Positions 9,084 to 18,453 of a stretch of 32,000 bases of DNA are shown here, piece by piece. The number at the start of each line of letters is the position of its first letter. Within the stretch, counting starts at the first letter, position 1. The stretch is from Burkholderiales bacterium GJ-E10 (GTDB taxonomy: Bacteria; Pseudomonadota; Gammaproteobacteria; Burkholderiales; Burkholderiaceae_F): the NCBI GenBank assembly GCA_000828975.1, contig AP014683.1:1537700-1569699 (forward strand), in the 5' to 3' direction. The position numbers and the translations under genes were made by a program. The notes beneath the pieces were generated by a model. It was not told the DNA's origin and searched no databases. It was given only the letters and a program-made list of their open reading frames with translations.

Positions 9084-10285
9084 GCTTTTGCGATCACTCC
9101 ATCCCGGCGGAACATGTCCCGGATCCCGCGCACCGCCTGGCGGATCCGCATTTCGTTTTCGATCAGTGCGAAGCGCACATGGGTGTCGCCGTACTCGCCG
9201 AAACCGATCCCGGGCGACACCGCGACCTTGGCATCGGCGAGCAACTTCTTGGCAAACTCGAGCGACCCCAGGTTGGCGTAGTGCGCGGGGATCTGCGCCC
9301 AGACGTACATCGACGCCTTGGGAACTTCGACCATCCAGCCCAGCTCGTGCAGGCCCTTCACGAGCACGTCCCGCCGCCGCTTGTACTGTTGCACGATCTC
9401 GGCCACGCACTCCTGCGGACCTTCCAGCGCCGCGATCGATGCGACCTGGATGGGCGTGAACGTGCCGTAGTCGTGGTAGCTCTTGATCCGCGCCAGGGCC
9501 GCGACGAGGTCGCGGTTGCCGACCATGAAGCCCACGCGCCAGCCGGCCATGTTGTAGCTCTTGCTCAGCGTGAAGAACTCCACGGCAACGTCCCGCGCGC
9601 CGGGAATCTCCATGATCGACGGCGCCCGCTCGCCCTCGAACACGATGTCGGCGTACGCCAGGTCGTGAATGACGTAGATGCCGTGCTCCCGCGCCAGGTC
9701 GATGACGCGCCGGAAGAAGTCGAGGTCGACGCACTGGGCTGTCGGGTTGCTCGGGAAGCCGATCACGATCATCCGCGGCTTGGGCAGGGTTTCGCGGATG
9801 GCGCGCTCGAGTTCGCCGAAGAAATCCACGCCCGGCGTGAGCTTCACCGAGCGGATATCCGCGCCGGCGATGATCGCCCCATAGATGTGGATCGGATAGC
9901 TGGGATTGGGCACGAGCACCGTATCGCCGCGATCGAGCGTGGCGAGCATCAGGTGCGCAAGGCCTTCCTTGGATCCGATGGTGACGATCGCCTCGCTCTC
10001 GGGATCGAGGTCGACGCCGTAGCGCGTCTGGTACCAATGGGTGATCGCCCGCCGCAGGCGCGGGATCCCCTTCGACACCGAATAGCCGTGCGTGTCGGGA
10101 CGATGCACCGCCTCGATCAGCTTCTGGACGATGTGCGGAGGCGTGGCGCCGTCCGGGTTGCCCATGCTCATGTCGATGATGTCTTCGCCGCGGCGCCGCG
10201 CGGCCATCTTGAGCTCGCCGGTGATGTTGAAGACGTAGGGCGGCAGGCGCTTGATGCGCGAAAACTCCGGTTTCCCTGGATTCAT
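9080..10285 (-). CDS. Class I/II PLP-dependent aminotransferase (AlaC/AlaT-like)
   Basis: 401 aa from ATG 10285 ([19 protein letters not shown]...). PLP-Lys motif [12 protein letters not shown] and NPSNPT-like FPSNPT. Confidence 0.9.
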   Translation of the reverse strand: MNPGKPEFSRIKRLPPYVFNITGELKMAARRRGEDIIDMSMGNPDGATPPHIVQKLIEAVHRPDTHGYSVSKGIPRLRRAITHWYQTRYGVDLDPESEAIVTIGSKEGLAHLMLATLDRGDTVLVPNPSYPIHIYGAIIAGADIRSVKLTPGVDFFGELERAIRETLPKPRMIVIGFPSNPTAQCVDLDFFRRVIDLAREHGIYVIHDLAYADIVFEGERAPSIMEIPGARDVAVEFFTLSKSYNMAGWRVGFMVGNRDLVAALARIKSYHDYGTFTPIQVASIAALEGPQECVAEIVQQYKRRRDVLVKGLHELGWMVEVPKASMYVWAQIPAHYANLGSLEFAKKLLADAKVAVSPGIGFGEYGDTHVRFALIENEMRIRQAVRGIRDMFRRDGVIAKA

Positions 10286-10508
10286 TCTCGAGTGTTTCAA
10301 AGTCGGGAGGCAGGAAACGGCAGCCCCGCTGGCAACCGCCCTCCGCGTCCGCAAAAAGTCCGGATTTTCCGGCAGATGTCGGAAATCGTGGTTGGTTGCA
10401 TAATTTACCCGATCTGCGCCACGAGACGTGGGCAACCCCCTGCGGGCAGCACCCCGACTGGCGGCACCCGGCCGCCACGGCACCGCAGACGTGGCGCGCG
10501 GAGCGCGA

Positions 10509-10925
10509 TTGAAGCTGCATTATCAGGCGCCATCGAATTCCAGCACCGTGACCGGCTACGGACCCGGATATATCGAAATCGACCGGGTCCGGTACGCCTG
10601 GAACGAATGGGGCGGCATCCTGCTCGCCCCGGAAGCCGGCGTACAGCATTGGGCCGTCGCCGACCCGGCGGCGCTGGCGGCGGCCGACGTGGCGCCGATC
10701 CTGGCGTTCCACCCCGAAATCGTGCTGTTCGGAACCGGCCCCCGCCAACGCTTTCCGCAGCCGGAGGCGATCGCTCCCCTGGCGCAGGCGCAGGTCGGAT
10801 TCGAGGTGATGGACACCGCCGCGGCCTGCCGTACCTTCAACATCCTGGTTGCGGAAGGCCGCCGCGTCGTCGGCGCGTTCTTCCCCTCCGATGATCCAGA
10901 CCCTTCCGTCCCGGAAAAACCATGA
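10509..10925 (+). CDS. Mth938-like (DUF498/NDUFAF3-like) domain protein
   Basis: The conserved part starts at KLHYQA...GYGPGYIEI...PEIVLFGTG...[17 protein letters not shown]. Family members normally start MKLH, so I place the start at TTG 10509. GTG 10491 and the track start 10428 are alternatives. The stop overlaps the bcp ATG (ATGA). Confidence 0.65.
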   Translation: MKLHYQAPSNSSTVTGYGPGYIEIDRVRYAWNEWGGILLAPEAGVQHWAVADPAALAAADVAPILAFHPEIVLFGTGPRQRFPQPEAIAPLAQAQVGFEVMDTAAACRTFNILVAEGRRVVGAFFPSDDPDPSVPEKP

Positions 10926-11401
10926 CCGAAACCATCCGCCCCGGCCAACCCGTACCCGACTTTTCCGCCGCCTCGACCGCCGGCGAATTCCGCCTCTCCG
11001 AACTGCGCGGCAGCATCGTCGTGCTCTATTTCTACCCCAAGGACAACACGCCCGGATGCACCACCGAGTCGCGCGACTTCGCCGCGATGCACGACCGCTT
11101 CGTCGCGGCGGGCGCGCGTATCGTCGGAATTTCGCGTGATTCGCTGCGGTCGCACGAGAATTTCCGCGAGCGGCAGGAACTGCCGTTCGAACTACTCGCC
11201 GACACCGACGAGGCCGTGTGCAACCGGTTCGGCGTGATCAAGCAGAAGACCATGTACGGCAAGCCGGTCCGCGGCATCGAGCGCAGCACATTCCTGATCG
11301 ACGCCCAGGGCGTCCTGCGGCAGGAATGGCGCGGCGTGAAGGTTCCGGCCCACGCCGAAGAGGTACTGCGTGCCGTCCAGGTGCTGGCGAACGGGTCCTG
11401 A
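10922..11401 (+). CDS. bcp: Thioredoxin-dependent peroxiredoxin Bcp
   Basis: 159 aa. Contains FYPKDNTPGCTTE, the peroxidatic Cys motif of the Bcp/PrxQ family. Confidence 0.9.
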   Translation: MTETIRPGQPVPDFSAASTAGEFRLSELRGSIVVLYFYPKDNTPGCTTESRDFAAMHDRFVAAGARIVGISRDSLRSHENFRERQELPFELLADTDEAVCNRFGVIKQKTMYGKPVRGIERSTFLIDAQGVLRQEWRGVKVPAHAEEVLRAVQVLANGS

Positions 11402-11453
11402 CCCCCGCCCGCCGCGCCGATTTCCGTTCTCCCTTCGCCGAAAGAAGCTCCCG

Positions 11454-13100
11454 ATGCCCCTGCCCAAGGCACCCAGCAAGCCCGCGACGATTCTCGACCT
11501 TTCACAAGCCCATCCGCCGGCGCACACCAAACCCGCGGCAGGCAGTCCGGCCAAACACGCGGCCAAGCCTGCGGTCTCGCACGGCGCCCCCCGGCACGCC
11601 GAGGCCGCGCTGGCCGCCGCACCGGAATCCCCCCACGCCGCGGCCGGAGCGGCAGCGCGCCTGTCCCTGGTCGAGACGCCCGTCCGGACCGGCAGCCGCA
11701 AGGCGCGCGCGCCGGCGGCGCGCCCGCGCCTCTTCGTCCTCGACACCAACGTGCTGATGCACGACCCGAGCTGCCTCTTCCGGTTCGAGGAGCACGACGT
11801 CTTCCTGCCGATGATGACGCTCGAGGAACTCGACGGGCACAAGAAGGGAATGTCCGAAGTGGCGCGCAACGCCCGCCAGGTCAGCCGCTCCCTCGACGGA
11901 CTGGTCGCCGCCTGCGAAACGCCGATCGAAGACGGGATCCCCCTGTCGTCGCTGGGCAACACCGAGGCAACCGGAAAGCTGTTCCTGCAGACCCAGACGC
12001 TGGGCGGGGCCCTGCCGGCAAACCTGGCGTCGGGCAAGGCCGACAACATCATCCTGGCGGTGGTGCGAGCCCTCAAGGAACAGGATCCGGCGCGCGACGT
12101 GGTGCTGGTGTCCAAGGACATCAACATCCGCGTCAAAGCGCGCGCCCTCGACCTCGCCGCGGAAGACTACTTCAACGACAAGGTCCTCGCCGACAGCGAC
12201 ATCCTCTACACCGGGATCTATGCCCTGCCCGCCAACTTCTGGGAGCGCCACGCCAAGGGCGTCGAATCCTGGCAACAGGCGGGAAGCACGTTCTACCGCA
12301 TCCAGGGAACGCTGGTGGCCGACCTGCACGTCAACCAGTTCGTCTATCTGGAAAGCGGCACGCCGTTCTACGCCCAGGTGCGGGAAATCCGCGGCAAGAC
12401 CGCGGTGCTGCGAGTGCTCCGCGACTATCTGCACGCCAAGAACGCCATCTGGGGCATCACGGCGCGCAACCGCGAACAGTGCTTCGCCTTGAACCTTCTC
12501 TGCGACCCCGACTGCGACTTCGTGTCGATCATCGGCCAGGCAGGCACCGGCAAGACGCTGCTGGCGCTGGCCGCCGGCCTGGCGCAGACCTTCGAGAGCA
12601 AGCGCTTCAGCGAAATCATCGTGACGCGGGCGACCGTCCCGGTCGGCGAGGACATCGGATTTCTGCCGGGCACCGAAGAGGAAAAGATGGCGCCGTGGAT
12701 GGGCGCGCTCGAGGACAACCTCGAGGTCCTCAACCGCAGCGACGAAAGCGGCGGCGAGTGGGGCCGCGCGGCGACCAACGACCTCATCCGCACGCGCATC
12801 CGCATCAAGTCGATGAGCTTCATGCGCGGCCGCACCTTCGTCAACAAGTTCCTGATCATCGACGAAGCGCAGAACCTCACGCCCAAGCAGATGAAGACGC
12901 TGGTCACCCGCGCCGGGCCGGGCACCAAGGTGGTGTGCCTGGGCAACATCGCGCAGATCGATACGCCCTACCTGACGGAAGGTAGTTCGGGCCTGACCTA
13001 CGCCGTCGATCGGTTCAAGGGCTGGACGCACGCGGGCCACGTGACCCTGCAGCGCGGCGAGCGCTCGCGGCTGGCGGATTACGCGGCGGAAGCGCTGTAG
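11454..13100 (+). CDS. PIN domain plus PhoH-like ATPase (PhoH2/YlaK family)
   Basis: PIN (LFVLDTNVLMHDP...MMTLEELD) followed by the PhoH P-loop GQAGTGKT and IIDEAQN. ATG 11454 is chosen as the start; the track start 11370 overlaps bcp. The exact start is uncertain because the first ~100 aa are low complexity. Confidence 0.85.
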   Translation: MPLPKAPSKPATILDLSQAHPPAHTKPAAGSPAKHAAKPAVSHGAPRHAEAALAAAPESPHAAAGAAARLSLVETPVRTGSRKARAPAARPRLFVLDTNVLMHDPSCLFRFEEHDVFLPMMTLEELDGHKKGMSEVARNARQVSRSLDGLVAACETPIEDGIPLSSLGNTEATGKLFLQTQTLGGALPANLASGKADNIILAVVRALKEQDPARDVVLVSKDINIRVKARALDLAAEDYFNDKVLADSDILYTGIYALPANFWERHAKGVESWQQAGSTFYRIQGTLVADLHVNQFVYLESGTPFYAQVREIRGKTAVLRVLRDYLHAKNAIWGITARNREQCFALNLLCDPDCDFVSIIGQAGTGKTLLALAAGLAQTFESKRFSEIIVTRATVPVGEDIGFLPGTEEEKMAPWMGALEDNLEVLNRSDESGGEWGRAATNDLIRTRIRIKSMSFMRGRTFVNKFLIIDEAQNLTPKQMKTLVTRAGPGTKVVCLGNIAQIDTPYLTEGSSGLTYAVDRFKGWTHAGHVTLQRGERSRLADYAAEAL

Positions 13101-13118
13101 CGGCGATTCCGGAAGCGG

Positions 13119-13137
13119 GCCCCGGCCCCGCCGGGGC
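13119..13137. terminator. Small GC hairpin between convergent PhoH2 and dnaB
   Basis: GCCCCGG-CCCCG-CCGGGGC. No U-tract. Confidence 0.25.
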
Positions 13138-13175
13138 ATGGCAGCCAGAGCGTGGCTCCCGGTACGCCGGCCAGC

Positions 13176-14573
13176 TCAGAACGGCGGCGGGGTCGACAGT
13201 GCCAGGTTGTCGAAGCGCGTGTGCTCGCCGCCGAACCGCAACTGGACCTTGCCGATCGGTCCGTTCCGCTGCTTGCCGATGATGATCTCCGCGACTCCCT
13301 TGTCCGGCGTGTCGGGGTTGTAGACCTCGTCGCGGTAGATGAAGAGGATCACGTCGGCGTCCTGCTCGATGGCGCCGGATTCCCGCAGATCCGACATCAC
13401 GGGGCGCTTGTCGGTACGCTGCTCCACGGTGCGGTTCAACTGCGACAGCGCCAGCACCGGCACCTTCAGCTCCTTGGCGAGCGCCTTGAGCGACCGGGAG
13501 ATCTCCGAGATCTCGGTTGCCCGGTTCTCGCCCGCGGACGAGCCCGACATCAGCTGCAGGTAGTCGACGATGATCATGCCGAGCTTGCCATACTCGCGCG
13601 CCAGGCGGCGCGCCCGCGCCCGCAATTCGAGCGGCGCCAGGGCGGGCGTTTCATCGATGTGCAGCGGCGCGGTATGCATGCGCTCGATGGCCTCGCTCAG
13701 GCGCGGCCAATCCTCTTCGAGCAGGCGCCCGGTACGCAGGCGCTGGGCGTCGATGCGCCCGACCGAACCGAGCATCCGCAAAGCCAGCTGCTCCGCGCCC
13801 ATTTCCATGGAAAACACCGCCACCGGCATGCCCAGATCGATCGCCACGTGCTCGCCGATATTGAGCGCGAAGGAGGTCTTACCCATCGATGGCCGGCCGG
13901 CGATGATGACGAGGTCGCCTTCCTGGAACCCGGCAGTCTTGCTGTCGAGGTCCTTGAACCCGCTCGGCACGCCGGTGACGTCGCCGTGATTCGGTCGCTC
14001 GAACAGCTCCTGGATGCGCTCGACCACCTTGGACAGCAGGGGTTCGAGCTTGATGAAGCCACCCCGGCCCCGCGCGCCCTGCTCGGCGATCTGGAAAACC
14101 TTGGTTTCGGCCTCGTCGAGGATCTGCTTGGCCTCGCGCCCTTGCGGGCTGAGCGCCGAGTCGGCGATCTCCTCGCCGACGCGCACGAGTTGCCGCAGCA
14201 CCGCTCGTTCGCGCACGATCTCGGCATAGCGCCGGATGTTGGCCGCGGAAGGCGTGTTCTGGACGAGCTCGTTGAGATAGACGAGGCCTCCGGCGTCCTG
14301 GTCCTTGCCGCTGGTGCGCAGGGCCTCGAAAACCGTCACCGCGTCCGCGGGCCGCGACTGGTCGATGAGCCGGGCGATGTGCTGGAAGATCAGCCGATGG
14401 TCGTGCCGATAGAAGTCATCGGGCGCGATCCGGTCGGCGATGCGGTCCCAGGCGCCGTTGTCGAGCAGCAAGCCGCCCAGCACCGAGGTTTCCGCCTCGA
14501 TCGAGTGCGGCGGCGTGCGCAGCGCGGCGATCTGGGTGTCGGGAGTTTCCCGTTCGGAGGGGGACCAGTTCAT
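13176..14573 (-). CDS. dnaB: Replicative DNA helicase DnaB
   Basis: 465 aa. Contains PHSIEAETSVLGG, Walker A GRPSMGKT and RecA-like C-terminal motifs. No intein. Confidence 0.95.
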   Translation of the reverse strand: MNWSPSERETPDTQIAALRTPPHSIEAETSVLGGLLLDNGAWDRIADRIAPDDFYRHDHRLIFQHIARLIDQSRPADAVTVFEALRTSGKDQDAGGLVYLNELVQNTPSAANIRRYAEIVRERAVLRQLVRVGEEIADSALSPQGREAKQILDEAETKVFQIAEQGARGRGGFIKLEPLLSKVVERIQELFERPNHGDVTGVPSGFKDLDSKTAGFQEGDLVIIAGRPSMGKTSFALNIGEHVAIDLGMPVAVFSMEMGAEQLALRMLGSVGRIDAQRLRTGRLLEEDWPRLSEAIERMHTAPLHIDETPALAPLELRARARRLAREYGKLGMIIVDYLQLMSGSSAGENRATEISEISRSLKALAKELKVPVLALSQLNRTVEQRTDKRPVMSDLRESGAIEQDADVILFIYRDEVYNPDTPDKGVAEIIIGKQRNGPIGKVQLRFGGEHTRFDNLALSTPPPF

Positions 14574-14594
14574 CGTTTACCACCCTCACACCCG

Positions 14595-14619
14595 CCCTCT
14601 CCCGACTTGCGGGAGAGGG
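14595..14619. repeat. REP-like perfect 10-bp hairpin CCCTCTCCCG-ACTTG-CGGGAGAGGG between rplI and dnaB
   Basis: Perfect inverted repeat preceded by CACCCTCACACCC. It resembles the CCCTCTCCC/GGGAGAGGG extragenic palindromes seen in many proteobacteria (from memory). It may act as an rplI terminator or attenuator. Confidence 0.4.
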
Positions 14620-14634
14620 GGATTCGGCAGTTCC

Positions 14635-15087
14635 TTACACGTGCTCGCCGAGGACCGAAACCGTGATCTCGACCACGACGTCGGTATGCAGCGCGACCGC
14701 GACCTTGTAGTCGCCGATTGCCTTGAGCGGGCCTTGCGGCAGCCGGACGTTGGCCTTCGGAACCTCGAAGCCCTGCTTGCCCAGCGCTTCGGCGATATCG
14801 AAGTTGGTCACCGATCCGAACAGTCGGCCGTCGACGCCGGCCTTGGCGGTGATCTGCAGCGTGATGCCCTGCAGGCGCTCGCCCGCTTCCTGGGCCGACT
14901 TGAGGCGTTCGGCGTGCACGCGCTCCAATTCCGCGCGCTTGACCTCGAACTCCTGCAACGCGGCCTGCGTCGCACGGCGGGCCTTGCCCTTGGGAATCAG
15001 GAAGTTGCGCGCGTAGCCGTCCTTGACGCGGACGACGTCGCCCAACTGCCCCAGATTGCTGATCTTGTCGAGAAGAATGACTTGCAT
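14635..15087 (-). CDS. rplI: 50S ribosomal protein L9
   Basis: 150 aa, [36 protein letters not shown]. Confidence 0.95.
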   Translation of the reverse strand: MQVILLDKISNLGQLGDVVRVKDGYARNFLIPKGKARRATQAALQEFEVKRAELERVHAERLKSAQEAGERLQGITLQITAKAGVDGRLFGSVTNFDIAEALGKQGFEVPKANVRLPQGPLKAIGDYKVAVALHTDVVVEITVSVLGEHV

Positions 15088-15107
15088 GATGAATCCTGCC
15101 CCGGCGC

Positions 15108-15416
15108 TCAGTGAATGTCCGTGTACGGCAACAGCGCCAGGAAGCGCGCACGCTTGATCGCCGTGTCCAGCTGGCGCTGGTAGTGCGCCTTGGTTCCCGT
15201 CAGGCGGGCCGGAATGATGCGGCCGTTGTCCTGAATGAAGTCGCGCAAGGTGTCGACGTCCTTGTAGTCGATGCTTTCGACCTTCTCCACCGTGAACCGG
15301 CAGAATTTCTTGCGCTTGAACAGCGCGTTCTGCTGATTGCCGCGCCGCCCGCCCGGCTTGCCGCGTCCCTTGGCGCCGAACTTCGGCTTGCCCCCGCTTC
15401 GCATCACTGCACTCAT
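15108..15416 (-). CDS. rpsR: 30S ribosomal protein S18
   Basis: Contains FCRFT...IDYKD...[33 protein letters not shown] lies 6 nt before ATG 15416. Confidence 0.9.
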   Translation of the reverse strand: MSAVMRSGGKPKFGAKGRGKPGGRRGNQQNALFKRKKFCRFTVEKVESIDYKDVDTLRDFIQDNGRIIPARLTGTKAHYQRQLDTAIKRARFLALLPYTDIH

Positions 15417-15437
15417 TGCATGCTCCGAAAAAACTCG

Positions 15438-15755
15438 TTATCGAATCCCAGATGCGGATTCCCCAGGAACCCGCTCAACCTGCGTGATATGCACCACCAC
15501 ACGCTTGCTCCGTTGGCTGCGCGGCGCGAGAAACCCCGTGACGCGCAACGCAGCGCCCAGGCTCTCCGCCGCCAGGGTCCTCGCCGCTTCGCCGATCGCC
15601 ATCGCGTCGACGGAAAAATCAAGCGTCCGGGGAACTCCGGCTTCGACCGTCTCCGAGCGGTGTTGCAGTTGCATTTCCAGCACCGCAACGCCCGCCGGGG
15701 TGGTCCGTAGCGCAGCCCGTTCGACGAGCACCGCGTTCAACACGACGCGGTTCAC
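15438..15755 (-). CDS. priB: Primosomal replication protein N (PriB)
   Basis: 105 aa. SSB-fold-like, in the conserved rpsF-priB-rpsR-rplI position. GTG start. Confidence 0.85.
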   Translation of the reverse strand: MNRVVLNAVLVERAALRTTPAGVAVLEMQLQHRSETVEAGVPRTLDFSVDAMAIGEAARTLAAESLGAALRVTGFLAPRSQRSKRVVVHITQVERVPGESASGIR

Positions 15756-15765
15756 GTCGAACCGG

Positions 15766-16140
15766 TCAAACCGCCGGAACTGCCGCCTGCTCGGTCACCG
15801 TCTTGCGCGCTTCTTCGCGCTCGACGGTCTTCATCATCGGGCTGGGGCCCGTGACGGCCTTCTTCTGCACCGTCGTGAGGTGCCGCAGGATGGCATCGTT
15901 GTAGCGGAAGCCGTGCTCGAGCTCGTCGAGGGTGGCCTTGGTGCATTCGATGTTGAGCAGGATGTAGTGGGCTTTGACGAGCTTCTGGATCGGGTAGGCC
16001 AGCTGGCGCCGGCCCCAGTCCTCGACCCGATGCACCTGGCCGCCTTGCGACGTGACCAGCGTGCGATACCGCTCGATCATCGCCGGGACCTGCTCGCTTT
16101 GGTCCGGATGGACGATGAAACAAATTTCGTAATGACGCAT
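15766..16140 (-). CDS. rpsF: 30S ribosomal protein S6
   Basis: [18 protein letters not shown]... from ATG 16140, with GGAG upstream. The track ORF extends spuriously to 16230. Confidence 0.93.
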   Translation of the reverse strand: MRHYEICFIVHPDQSEQVPAMIERYRTLVTSQGGQVHRVEDWGRRQLAYPIQKLVKAHYILLNIECTKATLDELEHGFRYNDAILRHLTTVQKKAVTGPSPMMKTVEREEARKTVTEQAAVPAV

Positions 16141-16238
16141 GAACACTCCTCGTGGATTCACCCTGACGGGATCAGCCGCCCGGAAAGCGTGACGCTCCGG
16201 TGCGGCAAGGAACCGCGAATTGTAATACAAACCGCGGC

Positions 16239-17459
16239 TCAGATTTCCCCGTCCAGCAGCTGCGCGGCGGCCAGCGACTTGAGCAGCGCGTCGTTGCAGG
16301 CCGCGATCGGGATCGCGAGATATTCCGCCTGTTTGCGCACCATGATCGGATCACTGCGCTCGATGGCCTCGATGAGCGTCAGGTACGGCCCGTACGGTCC
16401 CGTGCGGTGCAGCACCGCTTCGACGATCGTCTCCGACAGGGAAATCAGCTCGAACAACCGGTCGAAGGGGGCGCCGGTGATGTGATCGAGAAGGGAAAAC
16501 GCGCCCGTGATGAACAACTCGTCCCGGATCTCCGCACCGTGGTTGGCATTCGCGCCGATGGTCTCGAGAAAGATCCCGCGACGGATCGACGCATGCATCA
16601 GCGGCAAGGCGTTGGCTTCCCGCGACGCGGTCGCCAGCAACAGCGACAACCAGCGGTTGAGCTTCTTGTATCCGAGCATCATCACCGCATGCTGGAACGA
16701 GGTGATCTGCACCGGCAGATTGAACGCCGCCGAGTTCACCAGCCGCAACAGCTTGAACGCCAGCGCCGGGTCGCGCCGCAGGGTCAACTCGATCTTCTGC
16801 AGGTCGGCGTCGTCGCGCACCAGGCGCAGCAGTTCCAGCACCACCGCCTGCTCGGGCTGCAAGGGCCGGACCGCGGACACGGCCGGATCCTCGATCGGCC
16901 AGCCCACGCAGGCCACCGCATCGCGCTCGAAGGCCGCGACCGCATCGGCGACCGTCTGCACACCGGTGATGACGTAGGGCAAGTGGCGTACGGCGCCGGC
17001 CGGCGCCGGTGCCACCCGCCGGCGATCTTCGCTTACATGGATGATCGCGAACTCGAAGCAGGACAGCAGCGCCGGGGGCAAGGGTACTTCGGGCCGTCCC
17101 CGCAGCGCCAGTCGCTTGCCGTCCCGGAACAGGGCCTGTGTGATCCCCTGGGTCTGGGGATCGACTAGCCGGTTGGCCGGAATCTCCAGCAACGCGTTGC
17201 GCGGCGATTTCCACTCCAGCACGGACTCATCGAACTCAGCGTCGAGTGGTGCCACCAGCACCGGCTGCACCGCCTCCGACCAGATCGAATTGACGGCATC
17301 GAGCACGCGTCCGATCGGGGGCCGCTGCGCCGGATTGATCGCCAGCATGGTCAGGCGCGTACCCATCGCCCTGCGCTTCTTGTCGATCAGCGGGGCATAG
17401 CAGATACACACCGAACCCAGCAAATCGCCGGGAATCCCATTTTTTTCCGGAAGATTCAT
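16239..17459 (-). CDS. Signal-transduction protein with a degenerate EAL-like N-terminal domain and a C-terminal HDOD domain (COG3434/YuxH-like)
   Basis: 406 aa. HDOD region: [35 protein letters not shown]. The N-terminal half has the EAL-like layout but lacks the DDFGxG and EGVE signatures. Confidence 0.8.
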   Translation of the reverse strand: MNLPEKNGIPGDLLGSVCICYAPLIDKKRRAMGTRLTMLAINPAQRPPIGRVLDAVNSIWSEAVQPVLVAPLDAEFDESVLEWKSPRNALLEIPANRLVDPQTQGITQALFRDGKRLALRGRPEVPLPPALLSCFEFAIIHVSEDRRRVAPAPAGAVRHLPYVITGVQTVADAVAAFERDAVACVGWPIEDPAVSAVRPLQPEQAVVLELLRLVRDDADLQKIELTLRRDPALAFKLLRLVNSAAFNLPVQITSFQHAVMMLGYKKLNRWLSLLLATASREANALPLMHASIRRGIFLETIGANANHGAEIRDELFITGAFSLLDHITGAPFDRLFELISLSETIVEAVLHRTGPYGPYLTLIEAIERSDPIMVRKQAEYLAIPIAACNDALLKSLAAAQLLDGEI

Positions 17460-17603
17460 TGATCCATCACAGCTATGACAGGCTCACTTTCCCCGGGAGT
17501 CTATTGCCTCCCTGGTGAGTCGGGTCTGCGGAACTATGCGGCGACGCGCTCCGAATTCCCGGGATCGGTGTACCGTTGCGGCTGGTTTCCGCCGACGCCT
17601 CCG

Positions 17604-18428
17604 ATGCGCAACGACCCCGCCCTGTTCCCGAGCCTGCTTGCCCCACGGCAACGCGATGCCCACAAAGGCGATTTCGGCGCCGTCGGGGTGATCGGGGGGA
17701 GCCGCGGCATGGTCGGGGCCGTGATCCTGGCCGCACGCGCCGCCTTGCGGATCGGCGCCGGCCGGGTCTACGCCGACTGCCTCGGCGCACCCGACCTGCA
17801 GCTGGATCTTCTGCAACCGGAATTGATGTTGCGCGCCGAACAGGACTTTCCGGCCGCCCTCGACGCCATCGTCGCCGGCTGCGGACTACACGGAGACCCA
17901 GCGGCCATCGGCGCGCTCGCACGCGCCTTCGACCGCACCGCTGCCCTCGTGCTCGATGCCGGCGGACTGACACAGCTTGCCGCGGATCCGGCCCTGGCGC
18001 GGCGGTTCACGACGCGCGCCGCGGTCCGGGTCATCACGCCGCACCCGGGCGAGGCGGCCCGGCTGTTGGCGTGCGACACCGCTGCCGTGCAGGCAGACCG
18101 GCCGGCAAGCGCGCGGAAACTGGCGCAGCGGTTCTCGACCATCGCGGTATTGAAGGGATCGGACACGGTGATCGCCGAGCCTGGCGGGGCGTGCTGGATC
18201 AACCCGACCGGGGGTCCGGCGCTGGCCACTGCGGGCACCGGCGACGTGCTGGCCGGGATGATCGGGGGCCTGCTGGCCCAAGGCTACCCTGCGCTCGACG
18301 CCGTGCGCGGCGCGGTATGGCTTCATGGACGCGCCGCCGACCTGCATGGCGGCGACCGCGGCCTCACCGCCTCGGAGATCGCCCCCCTGGCGATGCGGGC
18401 GTGGGACGCCCTGCGAAAAACGACGTGA
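17604..18428 (+). CDS. nnrD: ADP-dependent NAD(P)H-hydrate dehydratase (YjeF C-terminal/NnrD domain only)
   Basis: Contains HKGDFGAVGVIGGSRGMVGA...ITPHPGEAARL...LKGSDTVI...TAGTGDVLAG. ATG 17604 is chosen as the start; the track start 17475 adds non-conserved residues. Confidence 0.85.
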   Translation: MRNDPALFPSLLAPRQRDAHKGDFGAVGVIGGSRGMVGAVILAARAALRIGAGRVYADCLGAPDLQLDLLQPELMLRAEQDFPAALDAIVAGCGLHGDPAAIGALARAFDRTAALVLDAGGLTQLAADPALARRFTTRAAVRVITPHPGEAARLLACDTAAVQADRPASARKLAQRFSTIAVLKGSDTVIAEPGGACWINPTGGPALATAGTGDVLAGMIGGLLAQGYPALDAVRGAVWLHGRAADLHGGDRGLTASEIAPLAMRAWDALRKTT

Positions 18429-18444
18429 CCGCGCGGGAGCGCGG
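18429..18444. terminator. Small hairpin CCGCGC-GGGA-GCGCGG in the 25-nt gap between convergent nnrD and ppiD
   Basis: 6-bp stem with a tetraloop. No U-tract. Confidence 0.25.
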
Positions 18445-18453
18445 GGATCCCTG

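Noticed and set aside
10393-10412. GTGGTTGGTTGCATAAT between the aminotransferase and the Mth938-like gene looked like a sigma54 -24/-12 element.
   Set aside because: The GG-to-GC spacing is 6 nt instead of the required 10. At best it is a weak sigma70 -10 (CATAAT).
9084-10748. Upstream part of the 991-aa ORF 7773-10748, which could suggest a giant fusion protein ending in homoserine dehydrogenase.
   Set aside because: The upstream portion is an out-of-frame read through the aminotransferase gene and translates to Arg/Pro/Gly-rich sequence. hom has a canonical [15 protein letters not shown] start at 9083.
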